Assembly: GCA_004431415.1 (NCBI GenBank)
Contig: QPMI01000228.1
Coordinates: 1 to 64,000, forward strand
Source: Cyanophora paradoxa CCMP329
Taxonomy: Eukaryota > Plantae > Glaucophyta
Reading direction: 5' to 3'
Length of the DNA stretch: 64,000 bases
The notes below the pieces were generated by a model. That model was not told the origin of the DNA, searched no databases, and saw only the letters and a program-made list of their open reading frames with translations. Numbering within the stretch: the first letter of the stretch is position 1; each line of letters starts with the position of its first letter. The translations under genes were made by a program, and so were the position numbers. Shown in pieces: positions 45,119-60,848 of this stretch.

Positions 45119-45365
45119 GCGATCATGCGGGAAGCCGGAAAATGCGAGCGCGAAATGCCGCGCGCGCGTTTTCCTGCGGTCGCGTTTCCCGGCGCTGCGA
45201 ACTGGGCCCCCGAATGACCTCCCGAGCGCCGGCCTCCGAACCTCATTCCACTCGCCCAGCGAGATTCGCAAAGCCTCAGCGCTAGCTAGCAACTCACGGT
45301 GCGCGCGGTTTTCCCTTGGCTGCAAAACTTGGCTGACTTTTCCCTTTGCGCGCAGATCTCTCAAG

Positions 45366-46945
45366 ATGAACTCTGCCAAGTCCGACCTCAAGGGCAAGGG
45401 CGCTCTCACGGTAAGGGGATTTTGCCTTGGTGAAAAGCGCATGCCTTGGCTGATTTTGCCCGTTTTGCCGCAGCCCTCTGCGTACTTCACGATGCTTCAG
45501 GAGTTTGTCGTCGAGCCCGATTTCCCCTTCGACGAGCGCCGCTGTTTCCGCCTCAACCACGAGGGCCTTGTGCTCGCCGTGCCGGTGCGCGGGGCTTGGC
45601 TTGCCGATTGAATCGCCTCTAACTCCCGTCCGTCTTTGGCGCAGGCGGACAAGGCCACGTATGTCATGCAGCTTGTCGACAAGGACAAGCAGTCCCGCGT
45701 CCCCGAGGTCATCGACATGACCGATATCGAGGACGAGCCCGCCGGCCAGGGCCCCCCGCCCCCCGCCCCGCGCGCCAAGGGTCCGTGACTCTGCCGAAAT
45801 TTCTCGCATGACGTCACGCTGACCTTTTTCGCGCCACAGCGGCCGTCCCCTTGAACTTCCCCAGCCTGGCTGCACCGGCGGCCGCGGCGGCCGCGGCGCC
45901 TGTGGCGGGCCCTTCGAGCCAGCCGGCCGCGGGCCCTTCGAGCAAGCCGGCCTCGGCGGCCTCTACGTCGGACGACGACGACGACAACGTGCCGCTGAAC
46001 CGCTGTGAGCCCCGCCCCTTGCCCGCGTGCCTGCCCACGCTCACCGCCTTGCCGGCAGTGAAGCGCGGCCGGGACTCTGAGACTGCCGCCGCCAAGCCCG
46101 CCGCCGCCAAGCCCGCCGCTGCCAAGCCCGCCGCCGCCAAGCCCGCCGCCGCCAAGCCCGCCGCCGCCAAGCCCGCCGGCGGTCTCGCTGCCAAGCTCGC
46201 CGCCAAGGCTGCCAAGTTCGCTGCCAAGTTCGTTGCCGAGCCCGCGGCCAAGCCCGCGGCCAAGCCCGCCGCCAAGCCCGCCGCCGCCAAGCCCGCGAGC
46301 CCTAGTGCGTAACCCTGTTTTTCGTCTGTTTGAATAGCCCATTGACCCCCGTTGTGCGCAGAGCCGGACGACCCCACGTTCCAGCTCATCCCCTCGGCTC
46401 TGATTCCGTCGAGGCCGATCAGCCCGCCGACCCCGGCCCCGGCTGCCGCCGCCCCGGCCCCGGCTGCCGCCGCCCCGGCCCCGGCCCCGGCTGCCGTTGC
46501 CCCGGCCTCGGCCGACGCCCCGGCTGCCGCTGCCAGCGACGACGAGGACGTTGTTGGTCGCCAGATTCGGGAGGCCACTCAGAAGCCCGGCGGCAAGGAC
46601 TTCCTCGACAAGGTCGCCAGCGACGCGTGGGAGAACGAGTCTGTGCGCGCCGAGTACGGCAAGCGCTACCTTGTGTGCGCATCGGAGCTTCGCATGGCCA
46701 TCATACCCACGAGCCAGCCTGTGTCTCCCAACGCGCCGAAGAACTACGTGACTCGCGAGTGCAAGGCCCGCATTGCCATCTGCAAGCGCACCGCAGAGTA
46801 CGACTACGACTACGACTACGACTACGCGGTTCAAGCGATGGGGGGTATCGATTCATATAACCAACGGCGCTCTGTCAATCCCGGGCCTGCTGCCCGGCCC
46901 TCTGTAGCTAAAATCAGTCTGATAATACCTCGGCGTTACTCTTAA
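45366..46945 (+). CDS. Hypothetical protein with histone-H1-like (AAAKP)n repeats, about 5 GT-AG introns; 3' end uncertain
   Basis: Spliceable exons MNSAKSDLKGKGALT|PSAYFTMLQEF...|ADKATYVMQLV...; 15-bp GCCGCCGCCAAGCCC tandem repeats; (GACTAC)n microsatellite near 46797-46826. Confidence 0.6.
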
Positions 46946-46995
46946 TACGCTTCACTTGGGCGTCAGGAGCTCGGGCGACCCGCGAGCTCGCGAGG

Positions 46996-49900
46996 ATGTA
47001 TGCGAGGCGCCCCGTCGGGCCTCGGCGTCCTCTGCGCACGAATGCTAGCTGCCTAGTTCTTGTAGCAACTCTACTTGCGTGTGCGGCGCTGGCGCCATTG
47101 GCAGAGGCCTGGGTCTCCTTCGTGGAGCAGAGCTCGGATCGGCCGCCGCTCTCCTTGAGTCTCGCGCACCTCGTCATTGAGGACTCGACGGCGATCGGAT
47201 TCTACAGAGCGACTCCTGGCGCGACGGGTGGCGGCCGCGATAGCAACTTCTACAACCCGAAGGTGACATGCCCTGCAGCTGCCCCCAAGCGCAACGAAGG
47301 GGCAGCGGCTGAGCGGCGGCCCGCAGAACCTGTTTGTCTCCGGCGACGTTGTCCTCGGGCGGGCGGACCCGAACACGGGGGCGCTGGTGCTGGGGGGCAG
47401 CTCGACGATCACAACAGTGACCTCGGGGGTGCCCCTGGGAAGGGACATAACGATCGCGCCCAACGGCGGCGTGCTCGCCGTCGTGGGCAGCTCCCTGCTG
47501 CAGGCGCGGGGCGTCTCCTCGCCCGCCGGCCTCACCATTTCCACCCCTTCCTCCGACCGCGACATCGTGCCCCCCCGCGCCCCCCCCGCCCACGCTACCC
47601 CTCTCGAGCGGGCGCATGGCGGCAGGTCATGAGCCCGTCGAGCTCGCAGTCGAGCTACGTCGTCAAGCTCCCCTCCAACAGCGTCCTCCAGGCCCGCCAG
47701 CCAGCCGCCCCGCCTTCCCTCCTTTGCCCCCACCCGCCGCGCCCTCTCATCGGACGCGCAGCTGCACTGCCCGGCCGGCTCGACGTGCACGTGCTCGACG
47801 CCGGCGATCGCGTGCACGGCGCCGGTGCCGGGCGTGCAGTCGAACGACGCGGCCGGCAACCTGCAGCTCCTGACCTCGGGCACGGGCGCGGCGCGCGACA
47901 TCGTCTTCAACGGCGGCAACGAGGCCGGCCGCGTGCAGATCGGCGGCTCCCGCAGCATCGCCGCCGACCCGCCCGTCGGGGGCACCTCCCAGGACCTCGT
48001 GCGCCCCGGATCAAATCCGCCCGGGCCGCCGCCCCGTGCCCGAGCGACCGCCCGCCCGCGCGGCAGCACGTGAACCCGGTGGCGGGGGGGCGGCTCTTCG
48101 TGGTGCGCGTGAGCGACCTCGCCTCCTCCACCCTCGTGGCGCGCACCGTCGCCGCCCCGCCCGCCGCCGAGGACCTGCTGCTCGAGGCGCACGGCGCGGG
48201 GCACGTCGTGCTGCAGAACAACGCCAACGGGAAGGTCTTCGTCGCCGGCCGCCGCATGATCTCCACCCTCCACGGCGCCGGCGACGGCAAGGACAACCTC
48301 GACCTCACCCTCCAGGCGGTGCCCCCCCCTCCCCCCGGTCCTCGAGCCGGGCGGGGCGTGAGGGGGCGGGGCAGGGCGGGAGCGCGGCGGTGCGGGTCGG
48401 GGGCAGCAGCCCGACGGTGGCCTCCTTCGTGGACGGCGCCGGGGCCGCCGAGCTCCGCGTCAACTCCCACCTCAACGGTGCCCCCGCGCGCGAAGCCCGC
48501 CCCGCCCCCGCCGCCCCGCCCCGCTCACCGCCGCCGCAGGCTCCGTGGTGATCAACCACCCCGCGGTTCCGCGCACGGGCACGCGCGGCCGCCTCGTCGT
48601 CGGCGGCCGCCGCACGCTCGCCTCCCTCGGGACGAACGCCGACATCGTCTTCTCGCCCCCGGAGTCCCGCCGCCTGCTGGTCTCGGGCCTGCAGCCGCGC
48701 CTCACGGCCGCGCCCACGAACGCGAGCGCCGGGCTGAGCCTCCGCATCAACGCCGGCGCCGCCTCCGCGGCCATCTCCCTCCTCGCCTCGGGCGCCGCCG
48801 CCGGCCAGGGCGAGGCGCGCGCCCCGCCCCGCCCCGCGCCCCCTGCCCCGCCCTGAGCGCCGCCGGTGCAGCTGCGGGTCGGGGGCGAGCGGGTGGTGGC
48901 GACGGCGGGCGGGGACCTGACGCTCACGCCGCGGGCCAGCGGGCGTCTCCTCGTCGGGCGGTCGACCCCCGGTGGCCCCCAGGCCGTCATCCAGGCCGAC
49001 GGTCCGCCCTCTTCTCCGCGTCGCGCCCCGCGTCGCCGCCGCCTCGCGTCATTCGGCGTGCAGGAGCCGGCATCCCGAACGCGCACCTGCACCTCCTGGG
49101 CTACGGCACCACCACCTCCAACGTCGGCAGCGTGCGCCCGCCCCGCCCCGCCCCGCCCCCTCCGCCGGTCGCGAGCGCGGGCGCCAGGTGTACTTCAACC
49201 CGGACGTGAACACGGGCAGGCTCTTCATCGGCGGCGAGCGCCGCATCGAGGCCCAGACCGCGCGCCCGCCTCCCCGCTCCTTGCCTCGACTTCCATCTGA
49301 GAGGGCGGCAGGACGCGTCGCCGAACAAGAACCTCCTCCTGAAGCCCGTCGCCAAGCTCCTCATCGGCGGTGCGCCGGCGCCCTCGGCCGTCACCCCTCG
49401 CCCGTCGCGTTGCTTGCTGAGCTGCGCGGGCGGACGGCAGCGTCGGCGACGATCGAGAGCGCGGCGGGGGCGACGACGGCGGACATCGCGCTCAACCCGC
49501 GCAGCGGCGGCACCGTGCGCCCCGCCCCGCACCCGCCCCGCCGGCGCCCCTCTGCCGCCCGGCCGAGCGCTCGCGGGCAGGTGTACGTGGGGGCGGCGGG
49601 GAGCGCGGCGGGGGCGAAGGTGACGTCGTCGACGGGGACGGACGCGTCGCTAAAGCTCCTCGCCGCCGACGCCTCCAAGGCCGTCCGGGCCCGCCCCGCC
49701 CCTCCCCGCTCCGCCCCTCCGCCGCGCCGGGCCGGCGCTGACGGGGCGGCAGTTCGACTCGCGGCTGCGGATGGCGGCCTCGTTCGTGGAGGCCGGCGTC
49801 AACCTCGTCCTCGGGCGCACCCTCGGCCAGGTCCCCCCCCGCCCCGGCCCCTGCCCAGGCCCCCGCCTTCGAGTTCACGGACCCGCCTTGACGGTCGCGA

Positions 49901-50179
49901 GGGCAGGCCTCCAACGTGCTCACCATCGGGATGGCCTCCGGGGCCCCCGCCGCCGCCTGCACCGCCGGTGCCCCGCGCCCCGCCCCGCCCCTCCCTCGAA
50001 CCTTCGCCCTCAATGCTGAGGCGCCTCTTGCCCGCTCGGCGCCAGACAACGTGGGGAGCATTTTCTACGTGCACAACCCGAACTCAAATACGGCGTCGAC
50101 GCCGGCCTTCCTCGCCGGCCTCAACGTCTGCGTCTGCGTGCCCCTCGCCGGCCCCACCTACGACATGAAGTGCCGCTAG
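46996..50179 (+). CDS. Secreted repetitive beta-strand (fibre-like) protein, paralog B, many introns
   Basis: Signal peptide ..CLVLVATLLACAALAPLAEA|WVS; repeats DITIAPNGG, DLTLTPRASGRLLVG, DIALNPRSGGT; C-terminus VGSIFYVHN...CVCVPLAGPTYDMKCR matches paralog A. Confidence 0.75.
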
Positions 50180-50414
50180 CGCTGCGCCTTCGTGCTTTGT
50201 GCTGTGAGCTTTCGAGTTCTGACATTAGCTTTGTCTACTTATTGAGATCTAGTCATTCAATGCAACTCTTCCAGGAGACAGACCTCGGCAAAGCTCTAAC
50301 CGAGCAGGCCAACAGCGCCGCGGCGCAGAAGGGCACGCGTACGCATACGCGAGCTGCCGCCTCAGCTGCAGCGGCGCGTCCCGCGGGGCCAGGCGCGGTC
50401 CGAGAAAGAGAGCG

Positions 50415-52218
50415 CTAGCGAGAGGAGGCGGCGCGGAAGGCAGCCAGCTCGGCGCGCGTGGGGAGCCGCAGGATGCCGGCCCCCGTGTCCAGCGCCAGCG
50501 CTGCCCCCGCCCCGTGAGGCGCGGGGGCGGGGGCGAGGCGTCGGGGCGCACGGAGGCCGATGGGGACGGTGAAGTTGTTGCGGATGTGGCCCACGGGCAC
50601 CTCCGCCAGCACGGGCAGCGCCCCGCTGGCCCGCCCGTCGGATCGGAGAGTGGAAAGAGACGAAAGGCGCGGGGAGGGCGCACGCGCGGAGGCGGGCGAG
50701 GCCGAGGCGCTCGCGCCAGAAGTCCTCGCGGGGGTACGACGCGTACTGGTCCCGGTAGAGGTCCGCCGCCGCGTCCTCCGCCGAGCGCCGCGAGAAGGTG
50801 AAGTCCCCCAGGACGACCCCCACCACCCCGTCAAGCAGCCCTGCGGGGCGCGCCGGCTCGCCCTCCGGGGCGGGGTGGAGGGTCGAAGGGGGGTACGCGC
50901 GCACCGGAGAGGCGCAGCTGGGCGAGCATGCGGTCCAGGCGGTCTGCGGGGGGGGGGGAGGGTACGCGACGCCGTCGCGCAGGGGTACAAAAGCAGAGTC
51001 AGCTAAAGCGAAGTCGCACAGGGCGGCTCGTCGATGTCCTCGAGGAGCAGGATGCAGCCGGCCGCCTGCGTCTGCCCCGCCCGCCACCGTCAGCCCGGGC
51101 CGGGGGCGCTTGGTTGGATGGGGCGGGGGGGGCGGGGGCCGGCACGCCTGCCAGCGCGTGCCCGCCAGCGCGGCCAGCAGCGCCAGGTTCCCTGCGCCGC
51201 CCTCTCACCCTCCTCCCCTCCCTGCTGCCGGCGGCGGCGGGGCGCGCACCGCCGACGACGGGGGCGACGGTAACCGCCTGCGCGCCGCGCTGGAGGACGC
51301 GCCCCGGGATGGGCGGCATGAGAGGCTCCCCCGGCCCCTCCGCCGCCGCCGCCTCCCCGAAGAGCGCGAGCCGCAGCCGCTCCACGCTCTCCGCCGTCCC
51401 TGCGCGCCGCGATCAAATCAGCGCCCTCCGGCAGCCGCTGCCACTGCTGAAGCGCGCCCCGCACCCTCGCAAAAGATGCCCGTCGCGACCATGGGCGCTG
51501 CGCGCGGGGAGGGGCGGAGGAGGGGCTGAGCGCGCGTGCGCGTGCCCCGGGGCAGAGGGGAGCCGAGTGGGGGCCGGGGCGAACCGTGGAAGGTGACGAA
51601 GGGGAAGACGCCGTGGAGCGCCGTCACGTCCGAGAAGCCTGCGGCGCCCTGAGCCCCCGGCAGCGCTCTCCGACCCCCGCCCGGCCCCCGCATGCGCACC
51701 CGTGAAGCGCTTGCGCGGGATGCCGGGCCCCGCCTCCAGCGGCAGAAGCTCCAGCAGCCGCGCGCACCCGTACCTGCCGCGCCGCCGCGTCGCGCCGCGC
51801 CTCTCGGGCGCGCGCGGGGAGGAGCGTTGCCGGACCCGCCGCGGGCGCAGAGGACGGCCTTGATCTCCTCGTCGGTGAACGCGTCGAGGAGGTCCCGCGC
51901 GCGCTCGTGGTCCTCCCCTGCCCCCTCCGCGTCAGCCTTGGCCTAACAGCGGATTCGAAGGCCGCCGCCGCGCTCGCTCGCCTGCGAGGTAGCCCCATCG
52001 GTTTAGGGCGTGCGGGTATACGACGGGCTCGAGGCCCCAGCTCCGCAGCACGGCGCAGCCCTGCTCCAAAACTGGACGGCGATTGTCATTTCGCATCGAT
52101 CGGCGTAACTTGCCCCGCCCAGCGCACGCTTCGGGTCGATCGGGGACGATGTTGAAACGATGCCGACCTTGTCGCCGCGCTTGACCGGCGGCGGCAGCTC
52201 CCGCTCAAGTGCCGCCAT
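50415..52218 (-). CDS. Peptidase S66 family LD-carboxypeptidase (LdcA/MccF-like), multi-exon
   Basis: PPVKRGDKVGIVSTSSP, YLAG, RARDL..AF.D..IKAVLCAR|GGYG..RLL, GFSDVTALH (Ser), TFHG|PM, GG|NL, ILLLED..E (Glu), DRML.QL, VGH..N..VPIG (His). Confidence 0.9.
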
Positions 52219-52633
52219 AATAGTCGACGCCGGTGCCTACGTATGAACAGTTGCTGGCAATCGCCTAGGGCCCGCCGTCCCAGCTCTGCGGCGTCCGCAG
52301 CTGCAGATCGAGGCAGATCGACCGACTGCGGCAGGCCAGCAATCTCAAGCCAGAGCTCGAGTGCTGCGAGAGCGTCGCGGGCCGCGCTGCGACGTCCGAC
52401 GGCGACGTCGACGACGAAGCCGCAACAGAAAAAAAGTCCGCGGTTGCGAAAAAAAGCCAGAATTTGATCCCGAATTTGATCTGGCCCCTTGGCTCCCAGG
52501 CCACATGCATATGTACAGGCATCCGAAACGCGCCCGCTTTGGTGGCATGGTGGAGAAGGGGTGCGGGGCAAGAAGTTTGGGTACAAGCAGATTCCAGGGG
52601 GGAAGTGGGAGGGAGGGGGAGTGGCGCCAGGCC

Positions 52634-57571
<4,938 letters not shown>

Positions 57572-58186
57572 GAAGTTCGCGGTGCTGCGAGGGTCGAGCG
57601 TGAGCCGCGCTTCGACTGTAATAGAGCGAAGCGAGCAACAGTCTCACTCCACATCATCAGCCGCAGAGGGTGCAGAGCGGCGGGCGCCCGGCATTTGAAA
57701 CTTTGAACCGAGGCGACTTGGCAGGGAGCCGCGCCGGCCGGGTTCTACGCGCGCTGCGGATGCTGCAGGCAGCCCAGGCGCGGCAGGTCGTCGCGGGACA
57801 GGTTCTCTCGGAAAGCGGGGGGAGAAGAGCTGGGGTCCACGAATCGGCGAAAATCGCAGTAGCCCCCCTATGAAAAACTTAAGTTTTCTGAGCCGATACG
57901 AACGCCGTCTAGCCTAGTGCGCGAGCTTTGAGCACCTTGCAGCAGCGCAGCAGCAACATCATTGATAGAGCAACCAAGGACGTGAGCAGGACGAGCGGAA
58001 AGGGCCCGGATGCAGGCGACAGAGAGCTCGTTGAGTGACGCGCCCGGCCCGCCGGGCCTGGGCGACGGCCTCCGGGGCAAGAAGCGCAACCCTGACAGCA
58101 AGGAAGAGGTTAGCCATCGACGTACGCCGAGTGGGATCGTCCCTTTGCGACCTATCGGCGTCGGACGCGGCTAGATCAGCCCGAGA

Positions 58187-60505
58187 ATGAGCCCCCCAGT
58201 GCTCTCCCCGAGTCTCACGCATTCTGCGCAGGAGCACGGAGAATCAGCGGTATCCTCTGCGGCTCCGAAGGGGCTCCGTGTGACCGGGGGATCGGCGACG
58301 GCGTCGCCGCTCCTGGGTCCTCGGTCGGAGGGATTGGCCCCGGATGGGGGCCCTGCGGGATGGGAGTCTCCAGCAGACGGCACGTCGACACCTGGAGACA
58401 TGGACGAGGAAGGGACGGACGAGGAGCGGGACGGGCATCCGCCCGGGCAGCGCTCGCGTCGGGGTCTGTCTCGCAAGTCAAAGAAGCCCCGCCTGCAGTG
58501 GTCTCCAGAACTGCATCAGAGATTCGTGGAAGCCGTTTCAGTTCTGGGATCATCCGGTGCGGAGGCGCGCGTGATGTGGTCTCGCCTCCGACCTGATCGC
58601 CCCTTTTCGTGCTTCGCAGCCGTCCCCAAATCCATTCTGCAGCACATGAATGAACCTGGTCTTTCGCGAGAAAACATTGCGAGCCACTTGCAGGTGCGGA
58701 TCAAATCCGTTTTTGTTTGGTCCCTTTTCCGACTCGCCTTTTCCTTGTTTGGTCCCTTTTCCGACTCGCCTTCGTTTCTTCCCCTGCCTTTCCTTCGAAT
58801 TTCACATCTGACCTTCATGCTTCCGCAGAAATATCGCTTGAGCCTGAGGAGGAACTCTCCGCAAGTGACGCCGAAGCAGGAGCCGATGACGGGGCTTGGG
58901 CGGACACCGCCGCAGACGGCTCAGATCGCGCTGCTTGGCGCCACCACGGCGGAGGCATTTCCGATGACGACGATGTACCACGCGGCGGCGTTCCACGGAC
59001 TCCCGCCGCCCTCCACGCACGGACGGTCGCACCACGACACGCTCCTCCGGTACCAGCAAGCGTTCGCCAGCGACCCGCTCGCCGGGTACCACCGACCGGC
59101 GGGACCTGGGGACTTCCTGGCGCTCCAGTCGCAAGTCTATCGGATGCGGCCCGATCTGATGCGGCACGCGTTCTCGAACGAGTCGGTGGCGGCGGCGGTA
59201 GCGACGGCGGCGGCGGCGACGATGGCGCAGGGCGGCGACGCGGCCGTCTCAAACGCGGCGGCCATCACGTCGCTGTACGGAGCGCCCGTCCCGCCCGGCC
59301 ACCCGCAGGCGGCCGCCGGGCAGGCCGCCTTCCGCCTCGCCATCGATCAGCTTGCTGCCCAGGCGCGCAGGGGCGCGCAGCTCGCCTCCGGCAACACCTC
59401 AGCGGCGTCGGCGGCGTCCGGCGGGGCGGCGGTGGAGAAGGCGGCGGCGCTGGCGGGCGAGGCGCCGATGGCGGTGGTGCGGGCGGCGACGTCGGTGCGG
59501 CCGGTCAGCGACGGGCGGGGCAGTGCGAGCAGCGCCTCCAGCAGCGAGGAGGACGCGAACACGGAGGACGGGGCCGGCGGCGGCTCCGGGGAGGGCTCCG
59601 GCGCCTCGGGGGCGGAGCGGGGCCGGGGCGGCACCGGCGGCTCGGGCTCCGGGTCCCGGAGCTCGAGCTCGGGGAGCAGCGGGGAGCAGGGCGGCTCGGA
59701 CCGGAGCGCGGCGAGCAGCGCCGTGCCCATCTTCGTGCGCAACCTCCAGCAGGGCGGCCACGGCCACGGGCAGCACGGCAAGCCCGGCGCCGGCGAGAGG
59801 CCACGGGCGTCCGGCGGCAGCGGCGGGCGGGGGGCGGCGGAGGTGCCGGAGCTGCGGCTGCCGCGGGCGTCGCTGCCGGGCGGGGGCGGCGGGCGGTCGC
59901 TGCCGTCGCGCGCCGACTCGGTCTCGACGGCCTCCTCCTCCATGACCTCGGGCCTCGGGTTCCCCGACCTGACCCTCTCCTCCCCGGCCCTCTCCTCCAC
60001 CTACGGCTCCCCCGCCACCGGGCCCGCCCACACGGGCCCCTCCTCCTCCTCCACCGGCCCCGGCAGCTTCCTCCTCGGCCCCGCCCGCGGCAGCGTCTTC
60101 CCCTACACGCCCTACTCCTTCGACTCGGGCTCCTCGTCGCCCGTGCCGGGCAGCCACTCGGCCGCCTTCGACTACATGTCCGAGTCGGGCGCGGGGGCCT
60201 CGGCGCCGGCGGCCGGCTCGGGGGAGAGCCTCCCCGCGCTGGGCTTGAGCGCCGGCCTGCTCCAGGAGTACGCCAACGCGATGGCGGCGCAGTCGGCGGC
60301 TTTCAGCGCGATGCACGGGGGCCTCGCGGGGTACCCGTCGACGGTGGAGTACGCGGGGGAGGGCTGGAAGGGCTCGAGCGCGCTGCTGCCGTCCCTGGGG
60401 CAGGCGCTGCGCCCCTCGAGCAGCTGGAACGAGCTCCTCGACGTCGAGAACCGCTCCAAGGACGCCGAGGGCGGCGGCAGCTCCGGCGAGGCCACCGCCG
60501 CCTGA
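58187..60505 (+). CDS. GARP (G2-like/ARR-B/LUX-type) Myb-like transcription factor; introns 58557-58619 and 58694-58828
   Basis: [23 protein letters not shown]..|[25 protein letters not shown]|KYRL; no receiver domain. Confidence 0.92.
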   Translation: MSPPVLSPSLTHSAQEHGESAVSSAAPKGLRVTGGSATASPLLGPRSEGLAPDGGPAGWESPADGTSTPGDMDEEGTDEERDGHPPGQRSRRGLSRKSKKPRLQWSPELHQRFVEAVSVLGSSGAEARVMWSRLRPDRPFSCFAAVPKSILQHMNEPGLSRENIASHLQVRIKSVFVWSLFRLAFSLFGPFSDSPSFLPLPFLRISHLTFMLPQKYRLSLRRNSPQVTPKQEPMTGLGRTPPQTAQIALLGATTAEAFPMTTMYHAAAFHGLPPPSTHGRSHHDTLLRYQQAFASDPLAGYHRPAGPGDFLALQSQVYRMRPDLMRHAFSNESVAAAVATAAAATMAQGGDAAVSNAAAITSLYGAPVPPGHPQAAAGQAAFRLAIDQLAAQARRGAQLASGNTSAASAASGGAAVEKAAALAGEAPMAVVRAATSVRPVSDGRGSASSASSSEEDANTEDGAGGGSGEGSGASGAERGRGGTGGSGSGSRSSSSGSSGEQGGSDRSAASSAVPIFVRNLQQGGHGHGQHGKPGAGERPRASGGSGGRGAAEVPELRLPRASLPGGGGGRSLPSRADSVSTASSSMTSGLGFPDLTLSSPALSSTYGSPATGPAHTGPSSSSTGPGSFLLGPARGSVFPYTPYSFDSGSSSPVPGSHSAAFDYMSESGAGASAPAAGSGESLPALGLSAGLLQEYANAMAAQSAAFSAMHGGLAGYPSTVEYAGEGWKGSSALLPSLGQALRPSSSWNELLDVENRSKDAEGGGSSGEATAA
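58713..58772. repeat. 28-bp direct repeat x2 (period 32) in GARP intron 2
   Basis: TTGTTTGGTCCCTTTTCCGACTCGCCTT at 58713 and 58745. Confidence 0.85.
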
Positions 60506-60848
60506 ACAAGTCACCAGCACGGCCCGCTTGGGCTTCTCGATCCTCGAGATTCGGCTAGCCTTAAGCGTCGGCCGCCCGCCGCACGTACAGTATACAGGTA
60601 GCGCTCCGATCCGCGCCAGTATTTATATCGCATTTGTATTCCGCCACCCTCGCGCAGGCAGGCGTTTTTGCGTTTCGCTTAACTTGATGTGATTTTAACG
60701 TTTAAAGAGCAGTCGTAGGCTGACAGTTTCCTACCTATCAATATTTGTAGCACGTACACGTACAATTATCTTCAACCGAATTTCAAGACGACCCCTTTGC
60801 ATGTCCTTGCGCACTCGAAGAGGGGACGCCTGCGGCTGGGGCCTACAG

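Larger units (their letters stand above)
41790..45120. mobile_element. Intron-free putative mobile/viral-derived island with repeat-punctuated genes; ends unresolved (may extend to about 46945)
   Basis: Four compact intronless ORFs in an intron-dense genome, four direct repeats, hairpin/iteron clusters at both sides; sits between two divergent paralogous genes; no transposase/integrase or TSD found. Confidence 0.6.

Noticed and set aside
46880-46910. Helitron 3' end (hairpin CCGGGC/GCCCGG followed by TGTAG)
   Set aside because: Terminus is not CTRR and no matching 5' end or Rep/helicase was found; not enough to classify the island
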